Source: Octopus vulgaris (Eukaryota). From it: a stretch of DNA of 64,000 nt. A program made the position numbers and the translations under genes. Positions within the stretch are counted from its first letter, which is position 1; each line of letters starts with the position of its first letter. This document shows, one piece after another, positions 1-15,534 of this stretch. A model generated the notes under the pieces. That model worked only from the letters and a program-made list of their open reading frames with translations. It was not told where the DNA came from and made no database searches. The DNA lies in assembly GCA_951406725.2 (NCBI GenBank), contig OX597828.1, forward strand, positions 1,426,001 to 1,490,000, written 5' to 3'.

Positions 1-84
1 CCCTTATCAGACGTGTGGTCATGATGGATAAACTGGGCTTCGTATATTTTACCCAAGTGTCACTTTGATAGCATGCTCTCACTC
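1..84 (+). repeat. 3' end of a second copy of the ~620-bp (TAA)n-associated non-coding repeat (see 1484-2106)
   Basis: cccttatcagacg...gtcatgatgg...gggcttcgtatattttaccc..gtgtcactttgat..catg..ctctcactc followed by (AAT)n; aligns by eye to 2017-2106. Confidence 0.85.
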
Positions 85-139
<55 letters not shown>

Positions 140-142
<3 letters not shown>

Positions 143-232
143 TTAGCAAAATGTGGAACCTGAAGACTAAAACAATACCTGTTGTCATAGGTGCCCTGGG
201 AATGATAGCAAAAGGGGCTGATTGCTACCTAG
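140..232 (+). mobile_element. Short R4/Dong-type restriction-like endonuclease C-terminal fragment
   Basis: Translates ISKMWNLKTKTIPVVIGALG, the same motif as the C-terminus at 5810-5880; starts directly after (AAT)n. Confidence 0.7.
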
Positions 233-1405
233 CAGTTAATACGTGGGTGATAACATCACTTCGGTATGGAGCGGGAATTATAAAATGGCAAAAGAGAGAA
301 GTGAAGAAAATGGATGCCAAGACCAGAAAAATGTTGACAGTACACGGAGTAAGAGTAACATCGATAGGCTGTACTTGTCGAGAAGAAAGGGTGGGAGAGG
401 TTTGATCAGTTGTCAGGGCTTTATCGAAGCAGAGGAAAACAGCTCAGGGCGGTATATAAAAAATGTCGTGGAGCCACTGTTGAAACACGTGAAGAAGACC
501 GGCGTCATCAAAACTGAAAATTCTGTAACGAAAGAAAAATTTAAACAAGAAATGAACAATTGAAAAAAAAAAAGAAAATGCATGGAAGGAAAAATGTACG
601 GTCAGTTTGCAAGAGATGTGAACACCAAGACAGGTTCAGAGAACCGGTGGCTATGGATGAAGGGGAGTGACCTTGAGACAGAGACAGAAGCACTCATATG
701 TGCAGCTCAGGAATAATCGTTAAGGACCAACAATATGAAGTGCAGAATAGACAACACTACCGATAGTGACAAATGCAGAATGTGTGGTGGGAGGGTGAAG
801 CGGTATGGCACATTGTTAGCAAATGCCCGAAACTGACACAACGCGAATACAAAAGACGCCATGACAATGTGGCAAGAATGATCCATTGGGAGCTCTGTGG
901 AAATCACGGCCTACAAAGAGAAAAGACGTGGTATGAGCAAACTCCAGAAGGAGTCACCAAAAATGAGAATTGCAAAATCCTGTGGGATGCAATGATCCAT
1001 TGCGATCACCTAACCAGACATCGGAAACCGGACATTGTTGTGGTGAAGAAAAAAGACAGAACATGTATGATTATCGACATAGCATGCCCCCGTGACAACA
1101 GGATCAATGAGAAATAAGAAGAAAAAATAAACAACTATGACAATTTGAAGTGGGAAATACGAAGGTTGTGGTCAATGAAGTAAGTAGACGTGATAACAGT
1201 TGAAATTGGTGTCGCTCAACTACCAACGTGGCTGAAAAAGATTGGTGCAAGTGTGAATGTAGAACACCTACAAAGATCAGCATTACTTCGAACTGCAAGA
1301 ATTCTTCGCAGGGTTCTTGAAGCATGACCAGTAAACAAGTGTCACCCTGGTCTGCTGGCTGTGAACAGCCAACACTTTCCGACAAAATAAGCTGTGAGTT
1401 TTCAT
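233..1405 (+). mobile_element. 5'-truncated, frameshifted R4/Dong-clade non-LTR retrotransposon (RT thumb, zinc knuckle, RLE)
   Basis: RLYLSRRKGGRGL; ETEALICAAQE; CRMC..HIVSKCPKL..REYKRRHDNVA; KPDIVVV..CMIIDIACP; LQRSALLRTARILRRVL; ends in GAT/AAT repeats. Confidence 0.85.
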
Positions 1406-1432
1406 ATAATGATGATGATACTGATGATGATG

Positions 1433-1483
<51 letters not shown>

Positions 1484-1486
<3 letters not shown>

Positions 1487-2106
1487 GCCCTGATGTAGTA
1501 CCAGGCAGTGGCTCTCAATGCCCTGATGTAGTACCAGGCAGTGGCTCTAAATGCCCTGATGTAGTACCAGGCAGTGGCTCTCATGGCTTCTGATCTTAAC
1601 TGATTGGAAGTGTTATCATGTACATTGTTTTGTCTTGGTATAAAAGATGGGCTACAGCAAATATTCTGCTCAATACCACAGATTTGCTTGTCAGTTGTTT
1701 GACCTTAACTAGTTGAGCATGTCCCTTAGTGGCTGACGATATGTGCATCTCTGATCACGAGCAGAAGTAGTGGGGGAGCATCATAGCCATGTGTTGAGAG
1801 GGATTCTTTGGGGTTTGAATAATTCACCTCTGGAAACATGGGTGGTTCTTTCAACATCCTTAAACAACCCTTATTCAGGGACCTTTTGAGCGGGATGGGC
1901 TACTCAACCTGAAGGAAATTCTAACTGGGCCCCACCTGCAAGGTCATGTGCTGTTTATATTGATATGAGATCACCATGTCGCGCACATATGGTTGTGATG
2001 CATGTGCCTGGTGTACCCTTATCAGACGGGTAGTCATGATGGGTATATTGGGCTTCGTATATTTTACCCCAGTGTCACTTTGATGGCATGCACTGCTCTC
2101 TCACTC
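1484..2106 (+). repeat. ~620-bp non-coding interspersed element flanked on both sides by (AAT)n, with its first 33 bp triplicated
   Basis: aatgccctgatgtagtaccaggcagtggctct(c/a) three times at 1484-1582; partial second copy at 1-84; no credible ORF; orientation inferred from neighbours. Confidence 0.75.
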
Positions 2107-5500
<3,394 letters not shown>

Positions 5501-5501
<1 letters not shown>

Positions 5502-6097
5502 GGAATATATTCACAGACATGACAGAGTTGGAACCTACATACACTGGAAGCTATGCCAACATTATGGAATAACAACAGAAAAAAGATGGTATAGGCACAC
5601 ACTAGAAAAGGTCACAGAAAACGAGAAAGCAACCATACTCTGGGATATGCCGATACACACAGATAGAGAAATTAAGGCCAACAGACCAGATATAGTTGTC
5701 AGAGATCATGAAGAAAAAAATGCTTTCTAATTGATGTATCAATACCGGCAGATGACAACGTGTCTCTAAAAGAAATGGAGAAACTTTCAAAATACAAAGA
5801 CCTGGAAATAGAGGTAACTAGAATGTGGAATCTAAAACCAGAAACAATTCCTATCATATATAGTAGGTGCATTAGGCATGATAAAAAAATATTCAGACAA
5901 ATACATAACAAAAACACCACGACTTACAAACACATATAACATACAGAAAATTGCACTACTAGGCACTGCACACATCCTACACAGAACACTTTCCATACAA
6001 TAACCATCAGAGCATCACAACAAAACACAGCACATACCCAAGGCACACAGAGCTGCGCTCGGTAGTGAAGTGAAAGCACGCTATAAAAATAAAACTA

Positions 6098-6100
<3 letters not shown>
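5501..6100 (+). mobile_element. 3' fragment of another R4/Dong element (RLE domain and 3' UTR) between (AAT)n tracts
   Basis: EYIHRHDRVGTYIHWKLC; RPDIVVRDHEEKKCFLIDVSIP; KLSKYKDLEIEVTRMWNL; IQKIALLGTAHILHRTL; followed by (AAT)n at 6101-6165. Confidence 0.85.
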
Positions 6101-6167
<67 letters not shown>

Positions 6168-6188
6168 CATACATATATACATACATGT

Positions 6189-6375
6189 GAAGGTGTATGG
6201 CTCAGTGGTTAGAGCGTCGTGAGTTTCTGAGTTCGATTCTCGTTGTGTTCTTGAACAAGACACTTTATTTCACGTTGTTCCAGTTCACTCATCTGTAGAA
6301 ATGAATTGCGACGTCACTGGTGCCAAGATGTATCGGCCTTTGTATTTCCCTTCGATAATATCGGTGTCGTGGAAG
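6189..6375 (+). mobile_element. tRNA-derived SINE, diverged
   Basis: A-box-like tggctcagtggttagagc, B-box-like gagttcgattc, then ttgaacaagacacttt core. Confidence 0.7.
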
Positions 6376-6750
6376 AATCGTTACCGTGTGGGACAAAATG
6401 CTTACCAGTATTTCTTCCAACTTTGCGTTCTGAGTTCAAATGCCCACAAGGTTGATTTTGCTTTCATCCGTTCGGGATCTATAAAATAAGTACCAGTTGA
6501 GTACTGGGGTCGATGTAGTCGACTAATCTTCCCCACAAATTTCAGACCTTGAGTCTATAGTAGAAAGGAGAATTATTATTCCAGTATCGAGCTGGTAGAA
6601 TCGTTAGCACGGTGGATAAAATGCTTTGCAGCTTTTCTTCCGGCTGATTCCCTTCTGAATTCAAATTCCACCGAGGTCATCTTTGTCTTTCATCATTTTG
6701 CGATCGATAAAATAACTACCATTTCAGCATTGGAGTCGATAGAAAGAATT
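6376..6750 (+). mobile_element. Two tandem copies of a second tRNA-derived SINE family
   Basis: gaatcgttag..aaatgct..gttcaaat..gaggtc..ttt.ctttcat..gataaaataa.tacc..ggggtcgat body at ~6376-6580 and ~6588-6750; same family at 42762, 59644, 61869. Confidence 0.75.
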
Positions 6751-6769
6751 ATTGTTATTTATGACTATA

Positions 6770-6995
6770 ACAGTTAGCAGGTATGTTGCCTTGAGGTTTG
6801 GTGACAACAAGACTCATCGAATCTTAAGAATCGTTCTTAGGATTCTCATAGAATACAGATTTGCACTTTCCTGCAGATCAGCAATGCGAGTTTCAATACC
6901 AGTATCCTTCAGCCGCTTAGGTAGCAGTTTAGATGTGCCAAGTTCACCAATCACCATAAAAATAATTGCCGTCAATCTTTTCATCGCTCTGGTTC
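6770..6995 (-). mobile_element. Old R4-type RLE C-terminal remnant
   Basis: Minus strand VIGELGTSKLLPKRLKDTGIETRIADLQESANLYSMRILRTIL. Confidence 0.6.
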
Positions 6996-7983
6996 ACTAA
7001 CTATTTGAATATTTTAATCAACCCTCTCCCGTTTTAATCTGCCCTCTCTTGTATTTTCAAAGCTCTTTTTAGTAAATCTTGTAAGTCTGACATAAACAAG
7101 ATATAATCACATTGTTATTGATAACTTTGGAGCAGGGATGTAGTGTAAGAGAAAGCGACAAAATAGAAATGACATTTAGGGAAGGTAATAGATAAAGTGG
7201 CTTAATGTTTTCAAAATGTTTCTGCTATAAAGGTGACCTGTGTTTATGTAGAAGTGCGTTTTGTATTTTCTGCCACTTTTGCTAGAGACCATTTCACAGT
7301 TGTTATATCATTAAAAGAAAAACAAAACATCCTTTACACCTTTTATTCTATAAAGTCGGCCATAATAAATATTGACAGAAAGCGAAAAAAGGGTTCATTG
7401 CCTTCATCTTTGCTAAGAAAACTCTTAACAACAGCAGGTCCTTTAACATCAGTTTCCGCCTAGCTGGACAAATGGAAACTTTTTTCCGCCTTTGCTCTGT
7501 TTATCTTTAACATTCTATTCAACTTTTACAACAAACTCTATGAATAGAATTGTTTTTGTCTTTTTTACCTTTTATTTGTTTTTACTTGTCGGTTTACCAT
7601 TTTGCTTATGATTGTTTATTGTTTCACTTTTCTTTTCATTTTTATTTCAGGTTGTGTATGAGTGTTATTTCTGCATAAGTTTTTCGTATCATGTAACGCG
7701 TATTAATTTCTCAGTGAACTGTTTTGAGTTTCAATTTTTTTATCCTTTTCTTTATTTCACTTAGGTATAAACAAAATAATAAAGTCACATTCATGTTTGC
7801 TTACAAATTCAAATCATGGTTCATACCGTTGTTACAAGCACCATTTCGCACACACGATGCCCTACTATCCGATTTGGAGCATCATTGGAAGCTATGTTAT
7901 CAATATCATCAGTAAAGTCATTACCATCACGGTTTCATTTAGGTACTCTTTGTATGTATATCTGAGTTTTCATGTCTATATTA

Positions 7984-8232
7984 CATGGAAAAATGCGAGC
8001 AAGAGAAATAATATTCTTAAGATTATAAACCTGGAAAATTGCAGGACAGGTTATTACATTTTGCAAAGTTCAGGACAAATTATTACATCTGGTAGAGTAC
8101 AAAACAAGAAAATTTTTACTTAAGATATTGCAGCTAAGGATAAAGTTTCAAATAAAATATTTAGATTTAGAAAATATTAGCTAAGGTTTATAATCTTAAG
8201 AATATTATTTCTCTTGCCCGCATTTTCCCATG
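7984..8232. mobile_element. ~250-bp MITE with ~50-bp terminal inverted repeats and TA flanks (Tc1/mariner type)
   Basis: catggaaaaatgcgagcaagagaaataatattcttaagattataaacct versus reverse complement of 8184-8232 (two mismatches); TA on both sides. Confidence 0.75.
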
Positions 8233-9582
8233 TAATTTATTTTCCCCCCAGGCTATGCTATTATGCTAATTAATAATGTATCAAATGTCTCAATTAGCGG
8301 TATCGTTGATATTTTTTTTCTTTACTTCAATCATGCCAGTGACATATAAAAGCCCCCTTATAGAACTATATTCATAAAAAAAGTATAGAAATATATTATC
8401 ACTCTCAAACTTGAGAAACAAACACTCATAACTTTTTTTTTAAAAACTTCATTGCATGAGATGGATACCATGAAATTCCTCGAATTGAGCTCTATCATTT
8501 AAGCTTAATTAAAATATAGTTTGTTTTTAAGATGTAAAAATTAATTATACTTAAATTAAAATATAGTTTGTTTTTAAAATAAGAAAGTTAATTACACTTA
8601 AATCCAATTTTCTGCCTTATATTTTTTCATGATATTTTACATCACAACTTTTTTGATACAAATTTTTGTTGCATGGGAACAACGCTATGGAATTCTTCAT
8701 GCTTTCTTCTATCATTGACGTTAAGATAAATATATTTTGCTTTTAAAATAAAAAAGTTATTTAGATCTAAACTTACTCTCTTATAACGTTATTACAAATT
8801 TTGATGCAAACTTTTTCTGCTGGATCATATCTCAATTTTTTTATGCCAAAAATGTAGCTAGAGACCAGTCTTCTTCAAAAATGTTAGCAGGTTTCAATTT
8901 GGTTAAGAACTGAATTAGTGACAAACTCTGAAGGTGCTGTGTATGAGTAAATTGCAGCCTTAAAAATATTATTCAACTACTACCGTAGTTGAATGTCAAA
9001 TAATTATATATTTTGCGCTAACTAACGGCTTAGTGGGTCACAACATTCAACTCTTCATTATAAGACAGATATTGTTTGCTTATGGAAAAAACCGTACATA
9101 GCTGTGATAGCCAAATTTGTTGGTTTCAACTTTTAGTTGGAACCGTTTCTCTTTCCATCGTGAATGTTCCTCGGTAAATGTATAAACATTAGGTTTGTAT
9201 TTCCTCGCTGAGATTAATGTGAGAAACCGGATATTTCCGTCTTCAACAAATGTTTTTTAAGAAAAGAAGACTTATGTTGTTTATTTATGGTAAGTATAGT
9301 TTAAAAATATAGACACACTGGCAAAAACAGAACTTGATAAGAGGAATGATATTTCAGTGTCAGTATCAGTTTCAGTTGTGATTTGACCATACCACACCCT
9401 CTGCAGTTGTGCTTGAGAAATATATGCCGACCATATATTTACTACAACGACTACGATGATAGCGATGATGAAAATTACTTTCTCTCTCTCTTTAGTCTAT
9501 ACCAGTGGTTCCTAACCTGGGATCCGCGGACTCCTGGTGGTCCGCAAAGGTAGTACTGGGGGCCCGTGAACTAAATTCAAAA

Positions 9583-9663
<81 letters not shown>

Positions 9664-9683
9664 CACACACATATATATATATA

Positions 9684-10976
9684 CGAGGGGCGTTCAATAA
9701 GTAATGCCCCTGACCCACTTCCCATAGCAGTAGAGCAACGAAACTTGGCACGGTTAGTAGTCTTTTTTTACATAGGAACCACACAGAGTTACGCATTTCT
9801 CCCATCGTTTGATGCAGTTCTGGAGACCGTTTTTGTAGAAGACCCCAGCTTAGTCCTCCAACCACGACTTGACTTCATAAATCAAGGCTGCATCATCTGG
9901 GAAACGCTTTCCTTTCAAAAACAACTTCATGGCTGAGAAGAGGTGAAAATCAGAGGGTGCAAGGTCAGGAGAGTAGGAGGGATGGGGGAGGAGTTCATAG
10001 CCGCACGCCTGTGCTTCTGATTTGGCGACACGCGAGTTGTGGACCGGAGCGTTGTCCTGCAGGAGGAGGATGCCTTTGCTGATCTTACCCTACCTCTTGA
10101 TTTTGATAACTTCTCTTAATTTCCTCAGAAGTGAAGCATAATAGGCTCCTGTAATTGTGGTACCCTTTGCCAGGAAATCTGTCATCACTACTCCATCCTG
10201 GTCCTAGAAGACTGTGAGTATGACCTTGCCAGCGGAGGGCTGCACCCTTGCCTTCTTTGGAGGAGGTGAGTCACGGTGCTTCCACTGCATTGACTGAGCT
10301 TTGGTCTCTGGATCATAGTGATGGACCCAGGTTTCATCCTGTGTAATCAGTCTTTTGAAAAATTTTGACTCATCTTCTTGGCACATCTCCAAATTCATCC
10401 TCGAGCACACGACGCGTTCTTGCTTCTGGAAAGGTGTGAGCAACCTGGAAATCCACCTGGCAGACACCTTTTGCATATGAAAATGGTCATGAATGATAGT
10501 TTCCACAGACCCGGTACTAATCTTGAGCTTATGGGCTATTTAGCGAATAGTTATGCGTCGATCTTCCAAAATGGCAGCCTCAACTTAACGGAGAGATGCC
10601 TCATCAATGGCAGAAGGGGGACGACCAGATCTGGGAGCTGTTTCCACAGAGTTCCGACCATGTTTGAATTCACGATGCCAGCGTTTTACAAGGTCATATG
10701 ATGGGGCTTCATCACCATAAGTTACTTTCATTTCATTAAATGTATCCCGTGGTGAGCGTCCTTTCAAATACAAAAACCGGATCACTGCTCGACACTCAAC
10801 AGGCTCCATATCACACTTGACTCAGTTCAAACACCTGTAAATCAGAAACCACGATTAATTCAGAGCTATAATTTACCACTTAATCTATAGAGATATAAAT
10901 AATTGCAGGTGCAAAATTTTAGCTAGATCAAACAACTGCAAGTGGATCAGGGACATTACTTATTGAACGTCCCTCG
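9684..10976 (-). mobile_element. Full-length (~1.29 kb) mariner transposon inserted in (TA)n
   Basis: TIRs cgaggggcgttcaataagtaatgcccctgacccactt and aagtggatcagggacattacttattgaacgtccctcg; TA TSD. Confidence 0.95.
9754..10809 (-). pseudogene. Mariner transposase pseudogene (HTH plus DD34D-type catalytic domain)
   Basis: MEPVECRAVIRFLYLKG..RSGRPP; KVSARWISRLL; ITQDETWVHHYDPETKAQSMQW; YSPDLAPSDFHLF; in-frame stops and frameshifts. Confidence 0.9.
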
Positions 10977-11039
10977 TATATATAAATAAATATAAATATC
11001 AATAAATAAATAAATATATATATATATATATATATATAA

Positions 11040-12033
11040 AGACCTCTCCGAGACAACCTCACTCGGGCTGAATTGATTGCCCTTCGCCACCTCCGTCGCC
11101 GCAATGACATTGTCATCAAACTGGCGGACAAAGGCAGAGCGGTGGTGGTGTGGCGCGCAGATCTATAGAGGGAGGAAGCGCTCAGCCAGCTTCAAAATCC
11201 CCTCTTCTATCGCCTCCTCCCCTCCGATCCCACCTCTTCCTACCAACAGCGAGTGTCCTCCACCATCCACGACCTCATCTCCTCTTCTGCTCTCCCCCCC
11301 ACCGCCACCAATCTCATCGTCCGCACACCCCGCACCTCCACCATCTATTTCCTTCCCAAAATTCATAAACCCAATAACCCTGGCCGCCCCATCGTTTCTG
11401 CCTGTAATTGCCCCACTGAACACCTTTCCCTGTACCTCGACCGCATCCTGTCCCCCTTAGTCGCAGCCCTCCCATCCCACATACATGACACCAACCACGC
11501 CCTCCGTCTCTTCATTTCCTTTTCCTTGCCTTCCAGCCCCTCACACCTCCTCTTCATCTTAGACATAAAATCCCTGTATACGGTAATTCCCCACAACGAC
11601 GGTCTCTTAGCCCTCCAACACTTCCTCGACCGTCGTCCCGACCTCACCCCCAGCACCCTCACCATTCTCCGCCTGGCAGAGCTCGTCCTCACCCTCAACT
11701 GTTTCACGTTCGCCGGGGAAACGTACCAACAGGTGTCTGGGGTCGCGATGGAAACGAGAATGGGCCCCAATTTCGCCAATCTATTTGTTGGCTACATTGA
11801 GGCCCAAGTATTCTCCCAATTCTCCGGGCCGACCCCAGAACTATACGGTCGCTACATAGACGACTGCATAGGCGCCACCTCCCTTTCCCGCGGACAACTC
11901 TGCCACTTCATCTCTTTCCTCTCTAACTTCCACCCCTCTCTACAATTCACTTCCACCATCTCCAATACCTCTGTCAACTTCCTTGATATCTCTCTCAGCA
12001 TCGACCACCCCTCCCACTCTCTCACCACCTCGA
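11040..12033 (+). mobile_element. Penelope-like element reverse transcriptase fragment, truncated at both ends
   Basis: DIVIKLADKGRAVVVW; YFLPKIHKPNNPGRPIVS; DIKSLYTVIPH; YQQVSGVAMETRMGPNFANLF; YGRYIDD; VNFLDI. Confidence 0.9.
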
Positions 12034-15010
12034 GATTGGATTAACAGCAATTGACAACTCAAAGCTGCCAGGTAAATATAAAATTTGGTGCTTACAGTTC
12101 GGCTTGTATCTGCGACTTTCGTGGCTACTTTTGATATATGATGTAGCACTATCACAAGTTCAAATCATTGAACAAAAATGTAATGTGGTCATTAGAAAGT
12201 GGCTAGGTCTACCTCGGATATTGAACAGTTCAACACTCTATCGTAAAAGAGGCTCATTGCAGTTGCCACTGGCGTCAATTAGTCGAAATTCATAAACTAG
12301 GGAACGTAGGAACGGTGATGAGGCTGAGAGAATAGAGAGACGTAGCAATCAGGCGTAATACACCAGATGTAAAAACGGTCAGGATGTGGAAAGTAGAAGC
12401 AGAGACCGATGACATTCTGTCTTCTCTTATACACCAAGATATGGTGGGTGCAATGCAATTTCATCGAAAGAGACTTGGTATTGCCGGTGGACTACATCTC
12501 GGCTAAGATGTAGTCCACCACCATATCTCATTCCAATCTATGATGTCTTGCCTTCGCCTATAAATCTAGTAAGATAGAACGTCTCAAAGGATGATGTATG
12601 CAAATGCGGAACGGTCGGAACACTGAAGCATATTCTTTCTAACTGTTCATTAGCATCGAACAGATATACATGGAGACACAACTTGGTTCTTAAGGTTATC
12701 TTCAATGCTATAAAGAACCAAACTACTCTCATCAACAGTGGAAAAAAAAAACCGATTGAAGAACCAACCAGAGATTTCATTACCTTCGTGTGCTCAGGAC
12801 AGCAGATCCGTTATAAGAACTAGAAGAAATTTCCTGTGAGCGACTATTGGCAGGTGGCTGCAGATTTATCAGGGTGCCAAGGATTCTTTCCCATCTCAGT
12901 TGCGAAAAACTCGGATATTATAATGTGATGTGAAAGAAAGTTGTGAATCTAGTCGATGATCTTTTTTATCAACCATAAAAGGTATTACATAGAGGGGACA
13001 CTACAACACATTGGGGACACAAAACATCAAAAAAAAATTATCGTATGATAAAATGAGAGAAAGGGTGATAATGAAAGATGAAAGTGATGTTAACTGCCCC
13101 ATCAGTCAACATCGCTTACTTGTCCTTTTTTTTTCCTATTTTACCTCGAAAATCATAAAGTCTACAAATTTAACCTCCTATATTTCTTTTAGTTTATTCC
13201 TCTTTCCCGGTGCCAATGTTCTTCTTATTAATGTATATTCATCCTCAAGTTCCTTTTCAAGTTCTTCAACCTGATTTTTTGACACTACTATAACCATTTT
13301 CTGATGCCAGCCATCTGGCATTTCTATCTTTCCCCATATTTTCAATCTTTCATATAAATATTCTTCAGGGTGGAGGCTTTGTGTTATCGCTTGTTTGTCT
13401 GTTTTCTGTTTTCTTGTTGGTGAGGAGTGGGTGGAATTGGTGTCTGCAGGAACGGGGAAGGACACAGTGGGTGAGGGTGGTGCTGGGGTGGATTGGGGTG
13501 CACAGTTACTTGCCTTTTTTCTTTTCCGCTGTTTCTTTTTCCCGGGGTTTCCCACTCTTTTCCGTCTTCGTTCACTTGACTCTCCTTTTCTTCTGTTTCC
13601 TTCTGTTCCTTCTGGGGTGCTACCGTTTCCACTGCTGTTTTCTTGGTTATCTGTTCCACTGTCGTATTACAGTTTGCTCTTATGTGGCCCTTCAGGCCAT
13701 ATTTATAACAACGAGGGGCTCTGCCCTCCACCCATACTTTCATCGTTATATCATTTGTCATAATCGACTCCGCCAAATTTTGTAGGGTTTCCATTTCTGC
13801 TTGGACGCTCATTTCCAGCGTCGCTCCTCTCTATCCTTTATCTTCTGTTATAGTCGCTTGGACAATGTCGACCTTATCTTCATTATCGCAAATAACCGCT
13901 GCTATTACTAATTCTGCCTTGATATCCGGTGGAATTCCCTCCACCCTAATTCTTGATGTCCTTCTCCCCAGATAAGTGGGTAGAAGTGTAAATTTTCCAT
14001 TTTTTATCGTCTTTGTGGCCATTCTTCTAGCAGTTTTCTCATTTATATACTGCACCACTACTGTGGCATACTTATTTCCTCTTGCGAGGAATACTATTTC
14101 TTCCTCTGTTGTTCTTAATGCCCCCTCTATCATTTCCATGTTTATTATGTATGTGCTGTTCTTGTCGTTTGCTAATACTCTGTATATTATTTTCTTTTTT
14201 TCCATTTTACTTTTTTTCCTGTTGGGCAACAACAACTCCACCTCTCCGTTCACTCTTTTTATCTTGTCCTGGCATTCCGGTAATTTTGCCAGATTTATTT
14301 CTTTTTTCACCTGCGTATGTCCTTTTCTGTAGTACCATGTCCATTCTTTCTACCGCCTCCACTAATTCTTCTTCGGAAGACGACATGTCTGACTCGCTGA
14401 ACATTCTTCTTGTTCTCTCCATTCTCAATGAGGAAAAACTAGCCGAATTAATGATTCCTTATGAAGACAACGTGGACGCCGCTCGGGCTCTAAAGATTGA
14501 CCGTTATATAAACCTCCTCGAGGAATGTGAAGACGCAGGCTGGAAAGCGGAGCATTTTCCAATCGAAGTCAGATGTAGATTTGTTGGACACAGTGTGAGG
14601 CGACAGTTGTTATCGTTAGGCTTAACTCATCGTAAAGTCAATACCACTATGAACGATATCCAAACTACAGTGGAGAAGGCTAGCCACTGGATTTAGTTAA
14701 AAAGAGACAATGAGCGATGGCTAGAGGAATATTGGGCTATATTTAATAACCAGTTGATCTAGCAAGCAGAGCCGCATATCAGTGAGGTGGGGCCGGTACT
14801 CAATGATACCGCCGAGAGGTAGGCTCCGAAATGTCGCGCATTCTCTCGTGATGACCCCATACATTTGCTGGCTTCCAGTATGTGGAGCTTTCGACTGGTA
14901 GCACTTGCATGAGCATATATATGAGAATATATATATGGTGGCTGCCCCCTCGTTATCGAGTATGGCCATTGCACGAAGCTTAATCAATGTTGTTATCGTG
15001 CAATGCCTGT
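12034..15010 (+). mobile_element. Hero-type (R2-like, RLE) non-LTR retrotransposon 3' part, interrupted at 12957-14438
   Basis: LPGKYKIWCLQFG; RKWLGLPR; YDVLPSPINL; CKCG..GTLKHILSNC..RYTWRHNLVL; RLE motif restored across the insertion as VVNLVELMIPYEDN..KIDRY..FPIEV..EKASHWI. Confidence 0.8.
12957..14438 (-). mobile_element. ORF1-only (gag-like, HAL1-like) non-autonomous retroposon, copy A
   Basis: Frameshifted ORF ~14404-13178 with LARGNKYATVVVQY, LLPTYLGRRTSRIRVEGIPPDI and zinc knuckle VEGRAPRCYKYGLKGHIRANC; no RT; 8-bp TSD ctagtcga/ctagccga; A-rich 3' end. Confidence 0.8.
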
Positions 15011-15029
15011 GCAAGAAGATTTTTTTAAA

Positions 15030-15458
15030 GTGAGGAAAGGCTGTGTCAATCCCACTCACTAAGCCATAATCCGAAAAGAAGAACAAGTCGACATCATCGG
15101 TAACCACTGAGCCGCAGGTTTTATGTCGGAGTTATCCCAGTTACCTGAGTTACCTTCTCCTTGAAGGATGCCCTAACAAAGGCTAGGAGTCCTTCACTCC
15201 CAATGGTTTAACCGCGCGATCGGGTATTCAGGCCGATTATTTCTATGTCCCCGCGCATGATACAGCCTTAAGACATTTATTGGATGGCCGTTGACTCTCA
15301 AGAGTTCCTCCGCCCTTTGATGGGTTTTGTTTTTCATCCCGCAGGGTGTCCAGTAAACACCCTCCTCACCAAGCAAGCTTGGTAGGGTTGCCGGTTTTGA
15401 CGCCGACGGCCCGACCATGCAACAGGTTGTACTGGGTTACATGTTACCAGTAGCACTC
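15030..15458 (-). mobile_element. Structured 5' UTR-like segment of an RTE-clade LINE
   Basis: Minus strand ggactcctagcctttgttagggcatccttcaaggagaaggtaactc resembles a motif I recall from RTE 5' UTRs; several hairpins; no ORF. Confidence 0.45.
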
Positions 15459-15462
15459 AAAA

Positions 15463-15534
<72 letters not shown>

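Noticed and set aside
1484-1582. 33-bp repeats as a CRISPR array
   Set aside because: Tandem with no spacers, eukaryotic context, no cas genes.
6189-6250. tRNA gene
   Set aside because: Only A/B-box-like SINE head; no complete cloverleaf.
8430-8790. Diverged internal tandem duplications
   Set aside because: Probably part of an old DNA-transposon remnant; ends could not be defined.
9754-10809. SETMAR-like domesticated gene
   Set aside because: Has TIRs, TA TSD, stops and frameshifts, and no SET domain; an ordinary dead mariner.
14082-14696. 204-aa ORF
   Set aside because: Chance fusion of the antisense of copy A with the Hero RLE frame.
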